Positions 50,521-64,000 of a stretch of DNA of 64,000 nucleotides are shown one piece after another. The stretch lies in assembly GCA_000320545.1 (NCBI GenBank), contig ADNK01000862.1, positions 124,001-188,000 on the forward strand, written 5' to 3'. Each line of letters opens with the position of its first letter. Position 1 is the stretch's first letter. The notes beneath the pieces were generated by a model, which had not been told where the DNA came from, ran no database searches, and saw only the letters and a list, made by a program, of their open reading frames with translations. Made by a program: the position numbers and the translations under genes. This DNA comes from Bigelowiella natans CCMP2755 (taxonomy: Eukaryota; Protista; Cercozoa).

Positions 50521-50982
50521 TCATGTGCTCTAGTGCTAGCATGTCGCACAGACAGCAGCTCTAGCTAATTACGTACATGGATGTCATCGACATCACCCCT
50601 AATGTGCTAGACCGCGCGCATCACTCTCTAGCTCTCGCTCGAAACACTTTTTTTTTGGCAATGCGACACTATGCGCTATTCAACCTCCGGCCCCTGCTTT
50701 TATTTCTAGATTTGTAAGACAATAGACACAACGCATGTCTAATAGCGTACATTGTCTAGCTGTGGCAATGGTCACGCAGTATTCGCGCGTGAATATAAAT
50801 GAGAACCAATGCACATTCGTGTGATGCATTAGTTTTTGTATCGCATTCTGATTCGGCAATTATATCTTTCGTTCTCCATCAAGACAATGTTAAGGCGAGC
50901 GAGCACGTATATGAGGCGGAAATAGAAAACTGAACATGCGCCATCGTCCATCGTTTGACTAGAATGAATATGTGTCCACTCT

Positions 50983-52467
50983 CTACAGCTCTCCTGCAGC
51001 CGCAATCTTTACCAGCCTGGAAGGTGTTCCATTACCGCTTCCGCAACTCTCCACCTTTAGGACCAAATCTTGCCCTTCGAGCACTTTGCCAAAGACTACA
51101 TGCCTGATAGATTAGTATGGGAACATGTAAAGATGGGACCGTAAGTGGAGAACGATCATCCAAAATCGCAATTAACTTAGGTAATTTAAAATTGAAATGC
51201 ATGGAAGCAGCTTTTATATTGAATAAACCACTAAGCAATTATTCTGTTCTAACTACTACTTTCCATCGAGCCATCCGGTTTTCGCAGTGGTGATGAAGAA
51301 CTGGGAACCGTTGGTGTCTCTTCCAGCATTGGCCTTTGTGTTGTGATTGAAGAGGTCAGAGAATAGGAAACGAGGATGAGTTGTTAATTCCTTTCGTTGG
51401 TACTACCATGGACAAGTAGAAAGGTGCAACGTGCTTTAACCTGAAGTTCTCATCAGGGAACCGACCGCCTGATGCCCAACAGCAACATATTATTCATAGA
51501 ACTAGAGTCAAATTTTATCATGAAGCAGAAGGAAGAATCGATTTATGACGATGACGAACAAGACGATTAAGTTATCACGTATGTGCGAAATATGGTAATC
51601 AACCATAAATTGACTCTCCCCCACGCCCATCTCCCCGGGTAAAATCGCCGCCTTGGATCATGAACTGGAAGGATAAGGACGTCAGTCTCATACAACAAAA
51701 ACGAACAAAGATAATCTACTTACGTTCGGGATAATTCGGTGAAACTTAGATCCGGCAAATTTCATTTCTTGTCCCGTGGATGCCAGCCCTCCTTCACCCT
51801 ACGATAATTGTTGTTTTAGGTTGGACTTCCTTTTGTGGAGAGCGAGACTAGTACCGTGCAGAGCTGCCGAAAGTTCTCAACAGTTTTCGGGACTACGTCT
51901 CCAAAAAGTCCCATTGTAATCCTTCCAGCAGGTTGTCCATCGATTTCAATATCGAAATAGACCTATCACAAAGGAGAAGAAAACAGCAAGATGAGGTAGA
52001 ATTACGCAAGACGGGATGTGAGGGCAAGATGTTAGCACATTAGACCTTGTTCGTCACAACTTCCAGCTGAGCGCGAGATTGCACAATTTTTTCCAGCGTG
52101 ATATATGTAAAAATATTTAAAAGGCAATTTTCAAAGACCAACCCAAATTTCCACGTTTCAAAACAAGGAAGAATGAAGTCTGAACCTCTTCCTGAGACTG
52201 CTGAGGTCCACCTCCGAAGATCGATTCAAAAAAGTTGTTTGCAGCGACACTGCGCGATTTCGATGGGGGTTTGCCCATTTTTTGATTCCTCTGTCCTGAG
52301 ATGAGAGGCGTATTCGCAGCGAAGGCTGGTGTCGTTTTGGCAACCGTTCCAACTCTGGTAAACCCTAACGTCAATGTCTCCGACGGGGAAGCATAGTACG
52401 TTGCAGTTCTAATGGCTGCTGCCGCCAGGGCAAGGATTATCAGGGCCTGGACAGAAAATTTTACCAT
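50983..52467 (-). CDS. Cyclophilin-type peptidyl-prolyl isomerase with bipartite (signal plus transit) leader, likely plastid
   Basis: Spliced segments [72 protein letters not shown] and [15 protein letters not shown]. The N-terminus reads [19 protein letters not shown]. Confidence 0.93.
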
Positions 52468-52587
52468 GGCCGAAGCCGGTCGGTTCAGCATAGTCACCTG
52501 AGAGAATTCAAGCATGAGAGGCTGCGTCGGCACCACACGAGTCCCATTTTTATCATCGCTATTCGAACCTAGCTAGGCACTACACAA

Positions 52588-52620
<33 letters not shown>

Positions 52621-52645
52621 CAGGCAGGCAGGCAGGCAGGGTACA

Positions 52646-52677
<32 letters not shown>

Positions 52678-52758
52678 AACTTAGCTACTACTATGTTCTG
52701 TGGGTAGTCAGTCCCCTAGGAAGGAGGTGGTTCTTATTTTACATCCACATACATCGCA

Positions 52759-54201
52759 TTGCCGAGAAAGGAAAGGAAGAGCCAAGAGAACGCGCCGAGA
52801 TCTCCGAAGAATATCCAAATCTCTGAAGAATATCCACATCCTTTCCACGATCGATCTCCTTTCGACGGGAGTGAGGACGACAAGAAGAGTCGCGTGGACA
52901 TTGCCACCATGGCCGTCGTCCGCTCCTCCGACGCCCCGCAACCTCTTGCAGCAGGGCTATTTCGTACTATTCTCCCCACAGTGCGCACGGCATCTCACCT
53001 CCGGGCAAATAATGGAGTAAAATTCCATAACCTGTCGCGAAGATGGCATCAGCGTCGACAGGGTGAGCGCGAGAGGGCAGCCACTACTGCCCAGGTCATG
53101 CTAACCTCAGCCATAAACATCGTTAACGATGCAGGGGAGTGAGAAGAGGTGAATTTTTTAGGTTAACAAACGTGAGGCTGCTGTTGGAGCCTCGTACGAA
53201 GGAAGAAGAAAAATGATCGTTTCACGTGCTTCTTCAATCGTTCTTGCTGCTATCACAGCGCTGCTTACAAGCGGACCAACCATAGCATCAACGGTATATT
53301 AGACATCAGATCATGCGAGAATCACAACCTTGAATTCGTACTCTAAATATAGCATGAAAAATCCTATGGTGGTTAGAGCGACACTGGCGATGGAGTCGTC
53401 GACATTAGCAGAAGCCCTAGGAGCATAGGCTTCCCAGTGGCACCTCTGGGATCGGTCAAGCATGTAGGTCCAGAGAAAAGGTGGGGGTGGTGATAGGGAT
53501 AGTAATGTCATTGTTTAGGTTGATGGTAATAATTGGAGACATTTTCAGCTACAAGTATGTGTCATAACCCTCTTGCAAAATATGAGCACGCTTCTCCGTG
53601 AAATAAGAGCAAAACGTTGAGCTTTGCCCGAAACTTGATTCATTACAGAACCGGTTTAAGAGTGGAGATAATTAGGGATGTGCTCGAGAATAGCATTGGT
53701 ACGGGACAATATTTCATCCATCCAGAGAGCATGCCAACGGAAATTTTCGACGATTCTTGCAGATTCAAGGATCCCACCACCGGTATAGCACTTCACAGCG
53801 AGCATGCATGCATTTCTACGTTGCTTTTGTGGCACCCTCACTAAGCTCCAGCTTTACCACTGATCGATAAATTGTGTATCTGTCATTTGCTCATAATGAA
53901 ATTATCAGATGTGCAAGGGCTTTCCCGGTATGTCAAGGCACTGGGGATTCTCTTCGATCCAAAACGGAGTTCGGTTACCCTAAAAGAAATCGAGGTTTTG
54001 TCACCGCTGCAAATCAAGGCAACTTGGACTCAGGAGGGGTTTCTCAAGCTTCCATGGAATCCATACGTGCCAGAGTACACATCTACGACATACTGGGAGT
54101 TGGATCCAGAGACGCATCTTATTACAAAACAGGAGCATCTTTGGAGTATATCAGCTCTGGAGGCTCTCAAGGAAACATTCACTCCGTACAATCTACGGTA
54201 G
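52759..54201 (+). CDS. DUF2358 (SnoaL/NTF2-like) protein, probably plastid or thylakoid; start approximate
   Basis: Segments QYFI...EIFDDSCRFKDPTT|DVQGLSRY, ATW...LKLPW.P and WSISALEAL. An upstream GRRKMIV...IVLAAITALL segment resembles a twin-Arg thylakoid signal. Confidence 0.75.
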
Positions 54202-55146
54202 GAGGAGGTGTGGCCAACCATAGTTGCTTTGCTAGTAACGAATATGCATGGGGAATTAATATGTTGTTAGAATTGTGCGCATGTCGGAGTAAAAGCAAAA
54301 CGAGGTGCTGCAATACGTATTTGATGATGCATCGCAGTAACAAATTGTTACGTTTAGCTGACGTGATTGACAATGTTGGCATTCTACTACATGTTTATAT
54401 GAGCAATAATTTAATAGACTGCATGGCTGATATATGTGCATGGATCGAATGTTTTTGCATCGCAACTCGTGTTGCGTGTGCGTACGATCTGATACGCAGA
54501 CTTCTAGACTTATAGTCATGCGATATTGTTAGGTAGAGCGTGCCGCTATATGCTCGTAGAGCATTTGTTAGCAAAAATATGTGAACTCAATGAAACGATG
54601 GTTATTGCTGCGGAGTTTCATCTACACTGGTGCAACGAGGTTTTTTACTACAAGCGCGACCTTCCTATGTTTTAGTTTTGCCTTGTAGTTTTCATGCATG
54701 CCTAGAAGCATACATGGCTGTTTGAACATGTTATGCTAGATGCTATTCAATTTTGCTGATTAAATTAAGCGGATGCCATGCTGTTGTAGCACAAAGTCAC
54801 ATGCCCGATAGTAGTTAGACGTAAGCCGATAAGAATAACATGCACGTTGTATTCATCTTGAGCAGATTGTTAATTATTTAAAATTAGATTTAGTTTACAT
54901 CAGATAGCATTCCTGTTGGATTATTATGTGTGCAATAATATTAATACCCTGATCGCATCCAATCAGTTAATTTACGCTGCTTCTAACTGCGAATTAACAC
55001 TATTATCATTTGTGCGGTACCTAGAGTAGAGAATATTGAAGATTCAACAAGGGTTACATGAATATAATATAATAATAATACTTCTATGTTGCTCATCAAT
55101 ATCATCACCATCATCACCACCATCATCGTCATCATTCTTATCACAA

Positions 55147-58100
55147 TTACCCCTCGACGAATGACGCGTACGGCATGAGCGACTGATGTCCATCATTCCA
55201 TAGAATCTGGACGGCATAGTTGCCTGATGGGAGACGAAGGAGGAAGATTCATTAGAAATAGAGGCGGTGAAGGAGATCCTGCATTATTCGCTGCTACACC
55301 GATCAATCGAGCATATAGAAACCCTCTTCTACTTTTGCTTCTTTTTCTTTTTCAGAAATAGTAGCGACTACCCATTGGAAAGATATCAATCGGTTTGACA
55401 TCGTCCGTAATAAGCTCCTTAATATTTGTTGGCGATCGACAACGCCGCCGAAGTTCCACAGGAGAGATGATCTGTGGTGTCACGCATCGCAGGATGATGT
55501 GATGAACTCGAGAATATTGAATTAAAATGACGAGCGGGGAAGAGATTGATTATGATTCCAAGAGAAGCAGAAGATTGGAAACAAAGAGCGTGGATTCCCA
55601 GAGAAAGAGAGAGACAGAGAAAGACAGAGAGAACAGCTTTGAAGCTACTACCAGATACTATTACCACTACTACTACACTACTATACTACTACTGCTGCTG
55701 CTACTGTAACCAATGTATTCTGTATGTATTTGCTGCTTCTGTTGTCATCGACCTGCTCCTCTCCTCCTTTCGTTATGGAAACCACCATATTCCGAGTTGC
55801 GTCGAATATCACCTGCAAGCAACGAATACATCATATACATACACAGCAACCAGCGAATAAGCCGCCCCATCCGAACCTCTGGCCTCGCCGCCTTCGTCTT
55901 CTCCAAGTTATGAATCTCCGTGACCACATCAGAGGCTAATCGATCGTATTGGCTAGCGATCGAGGGGTTTGATGAGGCACCGGTCAGGTAGAATGGACAT
56001 CCTGAATCACCAGCTTCGGACAGCGCAGGTTCCAGAGGCAAGGCGTAAGTGTTCTCAATGCCCCACATCTCTGCGAGTCGCTTGCGGTGGCCTACGAAGG
56101 GGAAAAGAGGAAACAAAAAGCAAGATGGAAAAGGGTAGTGGAATTAGTATAGTAGTAGTAGTAGTAGTAGTAGTAGTGAGAGCCAGAGAGCGAGCGTGTG
56201 TGGTAAAACAATAAGTTGATAGGATTAGAGGATGATATGTATCTATGGCATGTATATATGTATGTATAATAAGGAGGAGAAAGTCTGATGACAGTCCTGA
56301 TCAGAGACCTCTGCTGCTGCTGCTGCCCTGCTGTTTGCTGCTATGAGTGAAAAACAAAAGCTTCGATATCTGATTATGTAGTAGTTTCCCTGCTACCTTT
56401 GCCAAAGATGTACTGCGGGGCGCTAACCAGGTCTAATAGGGATTTTCGTGTCGCTTCAGGGAGGAGAGGAGACGACGATGCACCCTCGTCCAACAGCGCC
56501 TCTACCCTTTTCGAAAGTTCATTGTTTTGCCAAAACGCCATGTTCTCTACTACAGCGACGCACGGAATCCCGACCTGTGTTTCGGTTGAATAGAGACCAG
56601 AATGAGACCTTGTTACATGAGCTGTGTACTTATAACTTCATTGTAGTACACATACCAACTGTGCATAAGTCTCATTCTTCTTATGTTCGTAGTTCTGCTG
56701 GTGGTGCTATGGCTTCCACTACCACTGTTACCATTGCTACCATTGCTAACACTGCTATCACTAACCTTGTCAAACATCTCAACCCCTTTAACAACGTCCG
56801 CGAAGCTTAGGCGCTGTGGTGTTGTGACGACTACCGCCGCGTCGATCGATACTGACTGGCTCAATGTCAACTGAATGTCTCCTATATCAAGCATAAGGAA
56901 AGTAGTTGTGTGTCGTAAGTCTCCCTCTTCTCTCTCTCTTTCTGCCCCTCTTTCTCCCCCCCTCTCTGTCCTGTCTTAAATAAAAAAAAAAGACGACCGC
57001 GACGATGATGGTAACAAGCTTCATTCCGCTCTTCCCCATTTCGCCCCCCCCTTTGTCCTCTTTTTTCGTTTTTTGCCTCTCCTCTTAATTTGCTACTTAA
57101 TTTCTTCTTCTTCTCTCCATCCCTTAGTAGTCGTACCCGTGCCTGGTGGCATATCAATAACCAAAAAGTCCAATTCTCCCCATTGGGTGCGTGTGAGCAT
57201 TTGCTCCACGAGAGGTGCGGCACGAGCCCCTGTTACCAGTCATGCCATAAGACTTATGGAGGAAATAGCTGTGAAAATGTTATTGGGACCGCCGTCGAGT
57301 AGGGATATGTTCATCATCATCATCATCATCATTATCCGTAATGATAGTACCATCATCATCATCATCATTATCATCATTTACTTATTGAACACAAGACGAC
57401 CTCTGACGACCATCGAATCGGTGGGGTTGATAAAGCCCATACTCATCATTTTCACGCCGTGACTGACAATGGATATGATCACTTTCCCACAAGATTATGC
57501 GCAAAATAGACGTGCGTGTGAGGAGGAAAACATGTTTTGTGCCCATATATTCCAGTCTACATGTGCTCACATGAATAACGTATGCACCATATAACATTTA
57601 TCATTTCTATAGGAATTACGCTTCCACTGGGATGATTTCTGATCCTCCATTCTCAAAGGCAACCTGCCGTAGAAATAGAGTGGGGTAAATCATGATAGCC
57701 TAATGCAGGTATTGCCCTCTTCCTCCTCCTCCTCCTCCTCCTCCATCTCTGCTTCTGCAAAGATAGCACTAATCCCTCCCGTCTCTCCCTATTGCTAGGC
57801 AGCCCCAGCAAGACTATGCGATCATCAATTTTTGCCTTTCCTTTAGAAATCACAGCCTGCAAGCTACTGCACCTCTGAATTCTCGGGAGTAACCATTGTA
57901 GGAAGGCTTGGACCGTACAAATCTGTGTCTACGATCCCGACTTTGTATCCTTGTGCCCTTAGAGCGAATGCAAGGTTTACGGACGTCGTGGACTTCCCAA
58001 CACCTGAGGAGGAGGAGTTGTAGGTTGAGAGGAAGGTAGGCGAGGGTTACATGAGTGCTACTTAGATTTTGCATGATGATGTATTGTGAGGCTACAACGC

Positions 58101-59211
58101 TGGCCACACTCTTCAAAAGAATGAATCAGTGTCATCATCGTGTAGCAAACAGCTCAGACATTGGATATCGGGGGAGGGATGACAAACCTCCTTTGCAGCT
58201 GGCCACGGCTATTACCTGAATGTGATAGCAGAGACAGTGATAAGTGTGGAATACTGTAACTCTACAATGTTTTCTCTATTGCAATAATATAGCACACAAT
58301 ACGCACCTTATCGACCGATTTGAGGCCCCCTTTCCGCATGGTGTCAACTTCGGAATTACCCATGTCAGCGAAAGGTGACACAGGAGAGGAAGCAGATGAC
58401 GACGGCGAAGAGGACATCACAGCGCTGGGTGCACCCTCTGGTGCTGTGATCACTATTAGCGGATTTGTAACCCATTCGATCGTCTTCACAGCGTTTTCGC
58501 ACTGTTGCTGTAGGGCCTGTTTCGTCTTTGAGTCCACGGGGAGGGGCAGCTCGACCAAGACCTGAAAGATTCCGAGAAGAGTATTTGTTAAGTACTTCAC
58601 TCTCGAGGATCAAATAAAAATGCTTTTTTTTTGAAAGCAAAACAGAACTGGCACTACGGGCATATAACTTTGACTTAATAACACACAAACTATGTACCGA
58701 GGCGATGCCGAGGGCTTTCTCGCCGAGAGCCTCGCGAACCATCCCAGATTTTACGATATCAATACTGGCTTTACTTCCTCCTATCTTTGCTTGATCAGGA
58801 ACCTCAATAGATGCGAGAGACTCTAACAGCTCGGGATCTACTAAAGGACTAGCATCATTTTCGCTATCAGTATTTTCCACACGACACCTAGGATGTGCGC
58901 GATGATGGAAGCGTCTAACGGGTCCTGAGGCCAGCTCAGAGGGATTTGAAGATACAAGTCGACCTGCTTTTGACATATCTTACGGTAAGCGTCGAGCAAC
59001 ACTCAATAGATTTGCATTTTCACAACCACTGACCTCGGATTCGAGAAAGAGGCAAGGAAATGGAAGCTCTTTGGCTCGGCAGCCGTCGTAAACGCTGAGC
59101 TATGGCTAAACTGAATTTTCTGGAATCCCACGGCGACTCTCTTCCACCTCCCAGAATGATCAGGGCCTGGAGAAGGCAGGCAGTGGGAGACCAGGTGTGA
59201 GGGGGTACCAT
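55147..59211 (-). CDS. HCF101: HCF101-type Mrp/NBP35 [4Fe-4S] cluster scaffold ATPase (DUF59 + P-loop + C-terminal DUF971-like domain), plastid-targeted
   Basis: Spliced segments [61 protein letters not shown] and [17 protein letters not shown]. The leader reads [21 protein letters not shown]. Confidence 0.9.
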
Positions 59212-59603
59212 TGGCTTTTGTTGGAAGCTTTTAACGCGATTTATACTGAACGACAACTATTCTCCATTGACACACAATTTCAATACATTGTATTTTTCTC
59301 TTTTTAGAACTCGTAGGCACGAAGCTCTTTTCCCCCCTGGAAACATCCTAAAGGTGTTGCAGAGTTGGAGTCCCAGAGCAACATACTTCTCTGATCCATA
59401 TTTCTTTAGGTAAAATGCGATGTAAAAAGGTAAAACGACTAGGGATATTTGATGACGTTATGCCGTTTTGGAGATACGTAATGAGACCAATCAGGAGCTA
59501 CCAGATCTGACAACTTTCCAGGCCACACCCGACGGGAAGGGATAAGTGAAGGAGCAAGCAGTAAACTGATTTCACAGGGACTTCGCGTCGAAACGGAATT
59601 TTC

Positions 59604-60494
59604 ATGGCATCCAAAATACCCAGCGGAGACGAAGAAGATGAGGAAGAGCTGGAGCCCCTCGAAGGATCTCTCCAAAACATTCTCGATCAGGTTCTTGCAT
59701 GTCCCATCTTCCACTGAGACTTTCCTCCCGAAATTCGAAGAATGAATTCATTTAGTTTTTCAATTAATATAAGCGTAACTTAATACCCTTCCATCTAAAA
59801 TCATTCGCCGATCAGAAAAGCCTCAAGTGGATTTTCGTTGGAGGGAAGGGCGGCGTCGGAAAGGTGATGCTTCAAATGGAATGTAGCGCCTCTTCCCACA
59901 CATCACAACGAGCAGGATAATCCCAAAAAAGTGAAAACGTTGCACCAGAATCACGACTGGAATATGATGCATTCCCATTTATCGGTAACCATCGTGTAAT
60001 ACTTTGTCAGACGACGACATCGTGCTCCCTTGCAGTGGCTCTGACCAAAGTTAGGCGCAGCGTGCTCATTATCTCAACAGACCCCGCACACAACCTCTCC
60101 GATGCTTTTAAACAGAAAATCGGCAAAACAGCGACGAAGGTACTGAAATCCATTAACATGCAGGTTCAAAAAGAACTCTGCAAATATATAGTAATCACTT
60201 ACACAGCACCTTTAACAGATCAATGCCTATGAGAACCTGTACGCAATGGAGATTGAGGCGAAGCTGGATCTCGACGAAAATGGTCTTGATCTCACGATGG
60301 GATCCGAAGGGAAGATGGCCCCCGATTTCCTGCAGGCGATACCGGGGATTGACGAGGCGATGAGTTTCTCTGAATTGATGAAGTGAGCGATGTTATTCTA
60401 ATGTTATTGACAATCGTGGACACTGAGGAAGGGCAGAAGCGGGCTACGATGACGATGATGACGACAATGAATGATTAAGATGTGTGAGCGTGAA

Positions 60495-60561
<67 letters not shown>

Positions 60562-62214
60562 GTAATTTGCGTACATCCCTGTTTGCTACTCTGTCTGATT
60601 TTTTACCTGATCTTTTCCCATCTTCCTCCTTACTTAATCCTATCTCTCCCTTTCCTATTACTGCAGACAAGTGCAGCAAATGGACTACGAGGTAATCGTG
60701 TTCGATACCGCACCAACTGGGCACACGCTAAGGCTCCTCACCTTTCCCAAAGTCCTACAATCGACATTCGGTAGGTGAAGAAGTGTGCAAGTTCACCCAT
60801 TGCGGTATTATTAAATCATTGCCTCTTCGCCATCAACATAGTCTGATCCTGTGGTCGTTATATGGACGCTGTTGTTGTTGTTGTTGTTCTTGTTGTTGTT
60901 GTCTTGGTCAATTATGATTAGGAAAAATAAATTCGCTGAAGCAGAAGTTCTCGGGCTTGATAACGCAGGTATACCCACCCGCTTTCCATACCATTTGTGA
61001 CAATAACTTCATCATCCTCTCACTTAAAACCTATATGATATGAAATTATAATACATTACCTAGTTTGCCGGGATGCTCCAGCAGAGCGGAACCAGCCCCG
61101 ACGAGATCTTCACCAAACTTGAGCAGGTAATGAAATAAGGAGGAGGAGGAGGAGGACGTCGTCACCCTCCTTCGTAGTATATATGTCATTCCGCAGATGG
61201 CCACTGCGAATATTCGCATAAATTATGATCATTCCTCATCGTTCTCTGTTTATAGTTCTGGTGGTGGTGGTAGAGGTGGTGTTGCTGATGAAATTGTGAG
61301 CAATACGGTCCTCCTCCTCCTCCTCCTCCTCCTTACCCTCTTTTTTCTTCGTCGTCTTCTTCTCCACACCGTGATGTCATTGGCTCATATAGGCCAAAAA
61401 GACGATCGATATCGTGCACGCGCAATTCCAGGATCCGGTCGGTGTGTTGTGTGTGTTGTGTTGTTTGTGTGTGCCATCAGGATGGTGTTTCATCTTGTTC
61501 GTCAACCGCTCTAATGCTTTGTTGTATACAACGAAGGACCAAACACGTATTGTGTACTTTTGCTCTTTACGCCTCCTCCTCCTCCTCCTCCTCCTCCTCT
61601 AATATCAGGATGCAACAACCTTCGTCTGTGTGGCAATTCCTGAATTCCTGTCGCTTTTCGAGACCGAACGACTCGTACAAGAACTCACAAAGTAGTAGTA
61701 AATCAGATGGTTGTGGTGCTGTATGTAGCTCAGGCTATACATGGTTGAAGAGGCGGACTAAATATGTTATATGCAACCAATCCAGCTGTTAAAACACTGT
61801 GGGACACAAAATGCGTGCTCTCGTTTCACCCTGTGCTTCGTTGTTCTTATACGTGCATCATCGCAATGGCTCTCTCGCCCTTGATTAGGCACGAGATCGA
61901 TACGCACAATATAGTAGTCAACCAGATTCACTACCTTGATGAAGGTAGGACCACTAATAATTGAATGATAGCCAAATCACTTGCTTCTGCAAGCTATGAT
62001 GCGTCGTATCGATATGTACCGCGTCATCACCAGTTCTCATTAAAGGGGAAAGCGGGTGGAATCATGCGCAGGTGTTGTTAACAACAGCATCATTTCCTTA
62101 TTGCAAATGAACCTTTCAGATTGCAAGGACTGCAAGAAGTGCCAAACGAGATGGAAGATGCAAAAAAAGTAGGAGGCATCAATATTAGATTAAAACATAT
62201 AAATATATATTTCC

Positions 62215-62246
<32 letters not shown>

Positions 62247-62451
62247 AAATGTTATCTTTGTATATTCATATGTCTGTATCTGTCTGGACGTGTGTGTGTG
62301 TGCACGTGTACGTCGTTCTCTTCTTCTTCTTCTTCTTCCAAACCACCACTCACTCACTCACTCATGCCCCCACTCCCAGATACCTGGATCAAATCGATGA
62401 ACTCTATGAGGACTTCCACGTTGTCAAATGCCCTCTTCTAGGCGATGAGGT

Positions 62452-62492
<41 letters not shown>

Positions 62493-62677
62493 CCCCTCTC
62501 TTTCTTTGTCGTCGTTCCAGCTGGGAAGAAGTTTTTCAGCGAAAGACTGCTGCTGCCCATGGGAGATTTGACCTTTGGTGTTGTGTTGTTCCTTTTGATT
62601 TGACACAGGTGAGGGGGGATAAATGCCTTGATAATTTCGCGAAACTACTTTCGAGTCCTTATGTGCCACCCAAGTAG
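59604..62677 (+). CDS. GET3: GET3/ASNA1 (ArsA family) tail-anchored protein targeting ATPase, multi-exon
   Basis: Segments [69 protein letters not shown], a CKKC dimerisation motif and [15 protein letters not shown]. Confidence 0.95.
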
Positions 62678-63855
62678 TTGGTGATGGAGTCGTCTGTGTT
62701 GACAGTATAGAGGGCTGATCATCACTACCGAACTGAGGATGAAAAGGATGCTGAACAGTTTGCGGGAGAATGGGCATATGTTATTGTAGTACATCGCACA
62801 TTGATAGATAATATTAATAAACTTTCACGCATTTCTGAAGTACAAGCATCGCAATTTATATGTTTCGTCATGTTGCGCAATGTGCTGTGTCGTTTATGTT
62901 TAATCTTCTAACTGGAGCAGCTCCCTAGCCTTGCTAGTATGCCATATATGGCGGATGGGTTAAAGCTATGCGCTTTGTTAACTACTGCGCTAGTGCTGTA
63001 TACCTCCGCCATTCTAGAATTGCCTTTTTTTGATAAAGTTGTACGTGTAGTGCACTTGTCGGCTTGATACATGTGTATCTTAGATTACATGCAAAAGTGC
63101 TCTTATCTGTTGTACCCATGCACCGCAGGCTCATAACTCTATCTATCAATGCTATGTGAAAGTGTTGTGCTGCGACTCTGTGCACAGGCACAATGCAATC
63201 AATTGTGTAGCAAGCTAAATGAACGCACACGGATTGTGCCGCGCGAATTCACATGACTGCACTATGATCGTCATACATACTAGCATAATTGTGATTGATA
63301 GCATAGTTGGAACCTCTGTCGAGCAAAATATATTGCATGTACATTGATATCTAAACAAGCAACTATTTACATCCCTCCATTCTCTACCGCTTTCATTAGA
63401 CATTGCTCTCAATGCGTGACCGTGGAGTGATAACTTAGCTCTTTGAGACTTGTGACCATATATTTGAAGCAAACGGCGTTGTTATGCCAAAAGCTTTAAA
63501 TGCAGCCTGATGATATAGTTTGTAACATGTTGTGGGTTGAAAACTACTTGAGGTAGTTATTCTGAGATTGGTTTTTACACAATTTAGTTTTTGTGATGTT
63601 GTAAAGAATATAAAACAAGGGTCCGTCGTTATAGCAGATTTGTCATCTAATCTTATTGTGTAATTTCTTTTTCCTTCTTTCTTCTTGTGTTGTTCTCTTC
63701 ATTTTCTTCATCTATAGTGGCCTTACGCTGACTCCAATTGGGATGAAGATCGTGCATGCAAGCGACTTCACGATATCTCGTAATTCAGCATTCTGTATTA
63801 ACAGACGATGATCGTTCATTCTTGGCAGATTGTATGTGTGTATGTGTGTGTGTAT

Positions 63856-63886
<31 letters not shown>

Positions 63887-64000
63887 CGTTTGCATCGGCA
63901 CTACGTCATCGATATGTAGTGTCGTATTTTGGTGCACAAGCATTCTTCTCCCTTTCATTCTTTCTTTCTTTTTTTCTCGAATCCCGCATTCGTTCACGCG

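Noticed and set aside
52590-52695. Compound (CA)n-(GGCA)n-(TAC)n tract as a defined promoter element
   Set aside because: Simple repeats are ubiquitous in this window, and there is no specific evidence of regulatory function.
63215-63997. Possible 3' part of a minus-strand gene at the window end
   Set aside because: An intron-like microsatellite is present, but no recognisable protein motif could be assigned.

Overview
Intron-rich eukaryotic DNA from a flagellated alga with a secondary plastid. This is inferred from signal-peptide-plus-transit leaders on plastid proteins and a CFAP54 homologue; the style fits a chlorarachniophyte such as Bigelowiella, but that is unverified. The main feature is that the many broken + strand ORFs from 1568 to 24036 splice by hand into one reading frame: 28 exons with phase-consistent GT-AG introns, about 16.9 kb of CDS, about 5,600 aa. 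The predicted protein is a stand-alone megasynthase: degenerate ThDP-enzyme (acetolactate-synthase-like) Pyr-PP-PP region, acyl-CoA-ligase-type adenylation domain, KR, 2xACP, KS, AT, KR, 2xACP, then a membrane-embedded terminal region like that of epsilon-poly-L-lysine synthetase (Pls). It has no thioesterase. The rest of the window is mostly four head-to-head gene pairs: STIMATE/TMEM110-like with CFAP54-like, a divergent DDX19-like helicase with an eIF4A-like helicase, a plastid cyclophilin with a DUF2358 protein, and HCF101 with GET3. There is also a small CCCH zinc-finger ORF. Three intergenic islands (61-1215, 41880-43180, 50190-50410) have lost almost all TpA dinucleotides except in CTA/TAG context, which suggests a context-specific hypermutation process acting on silent DNA.
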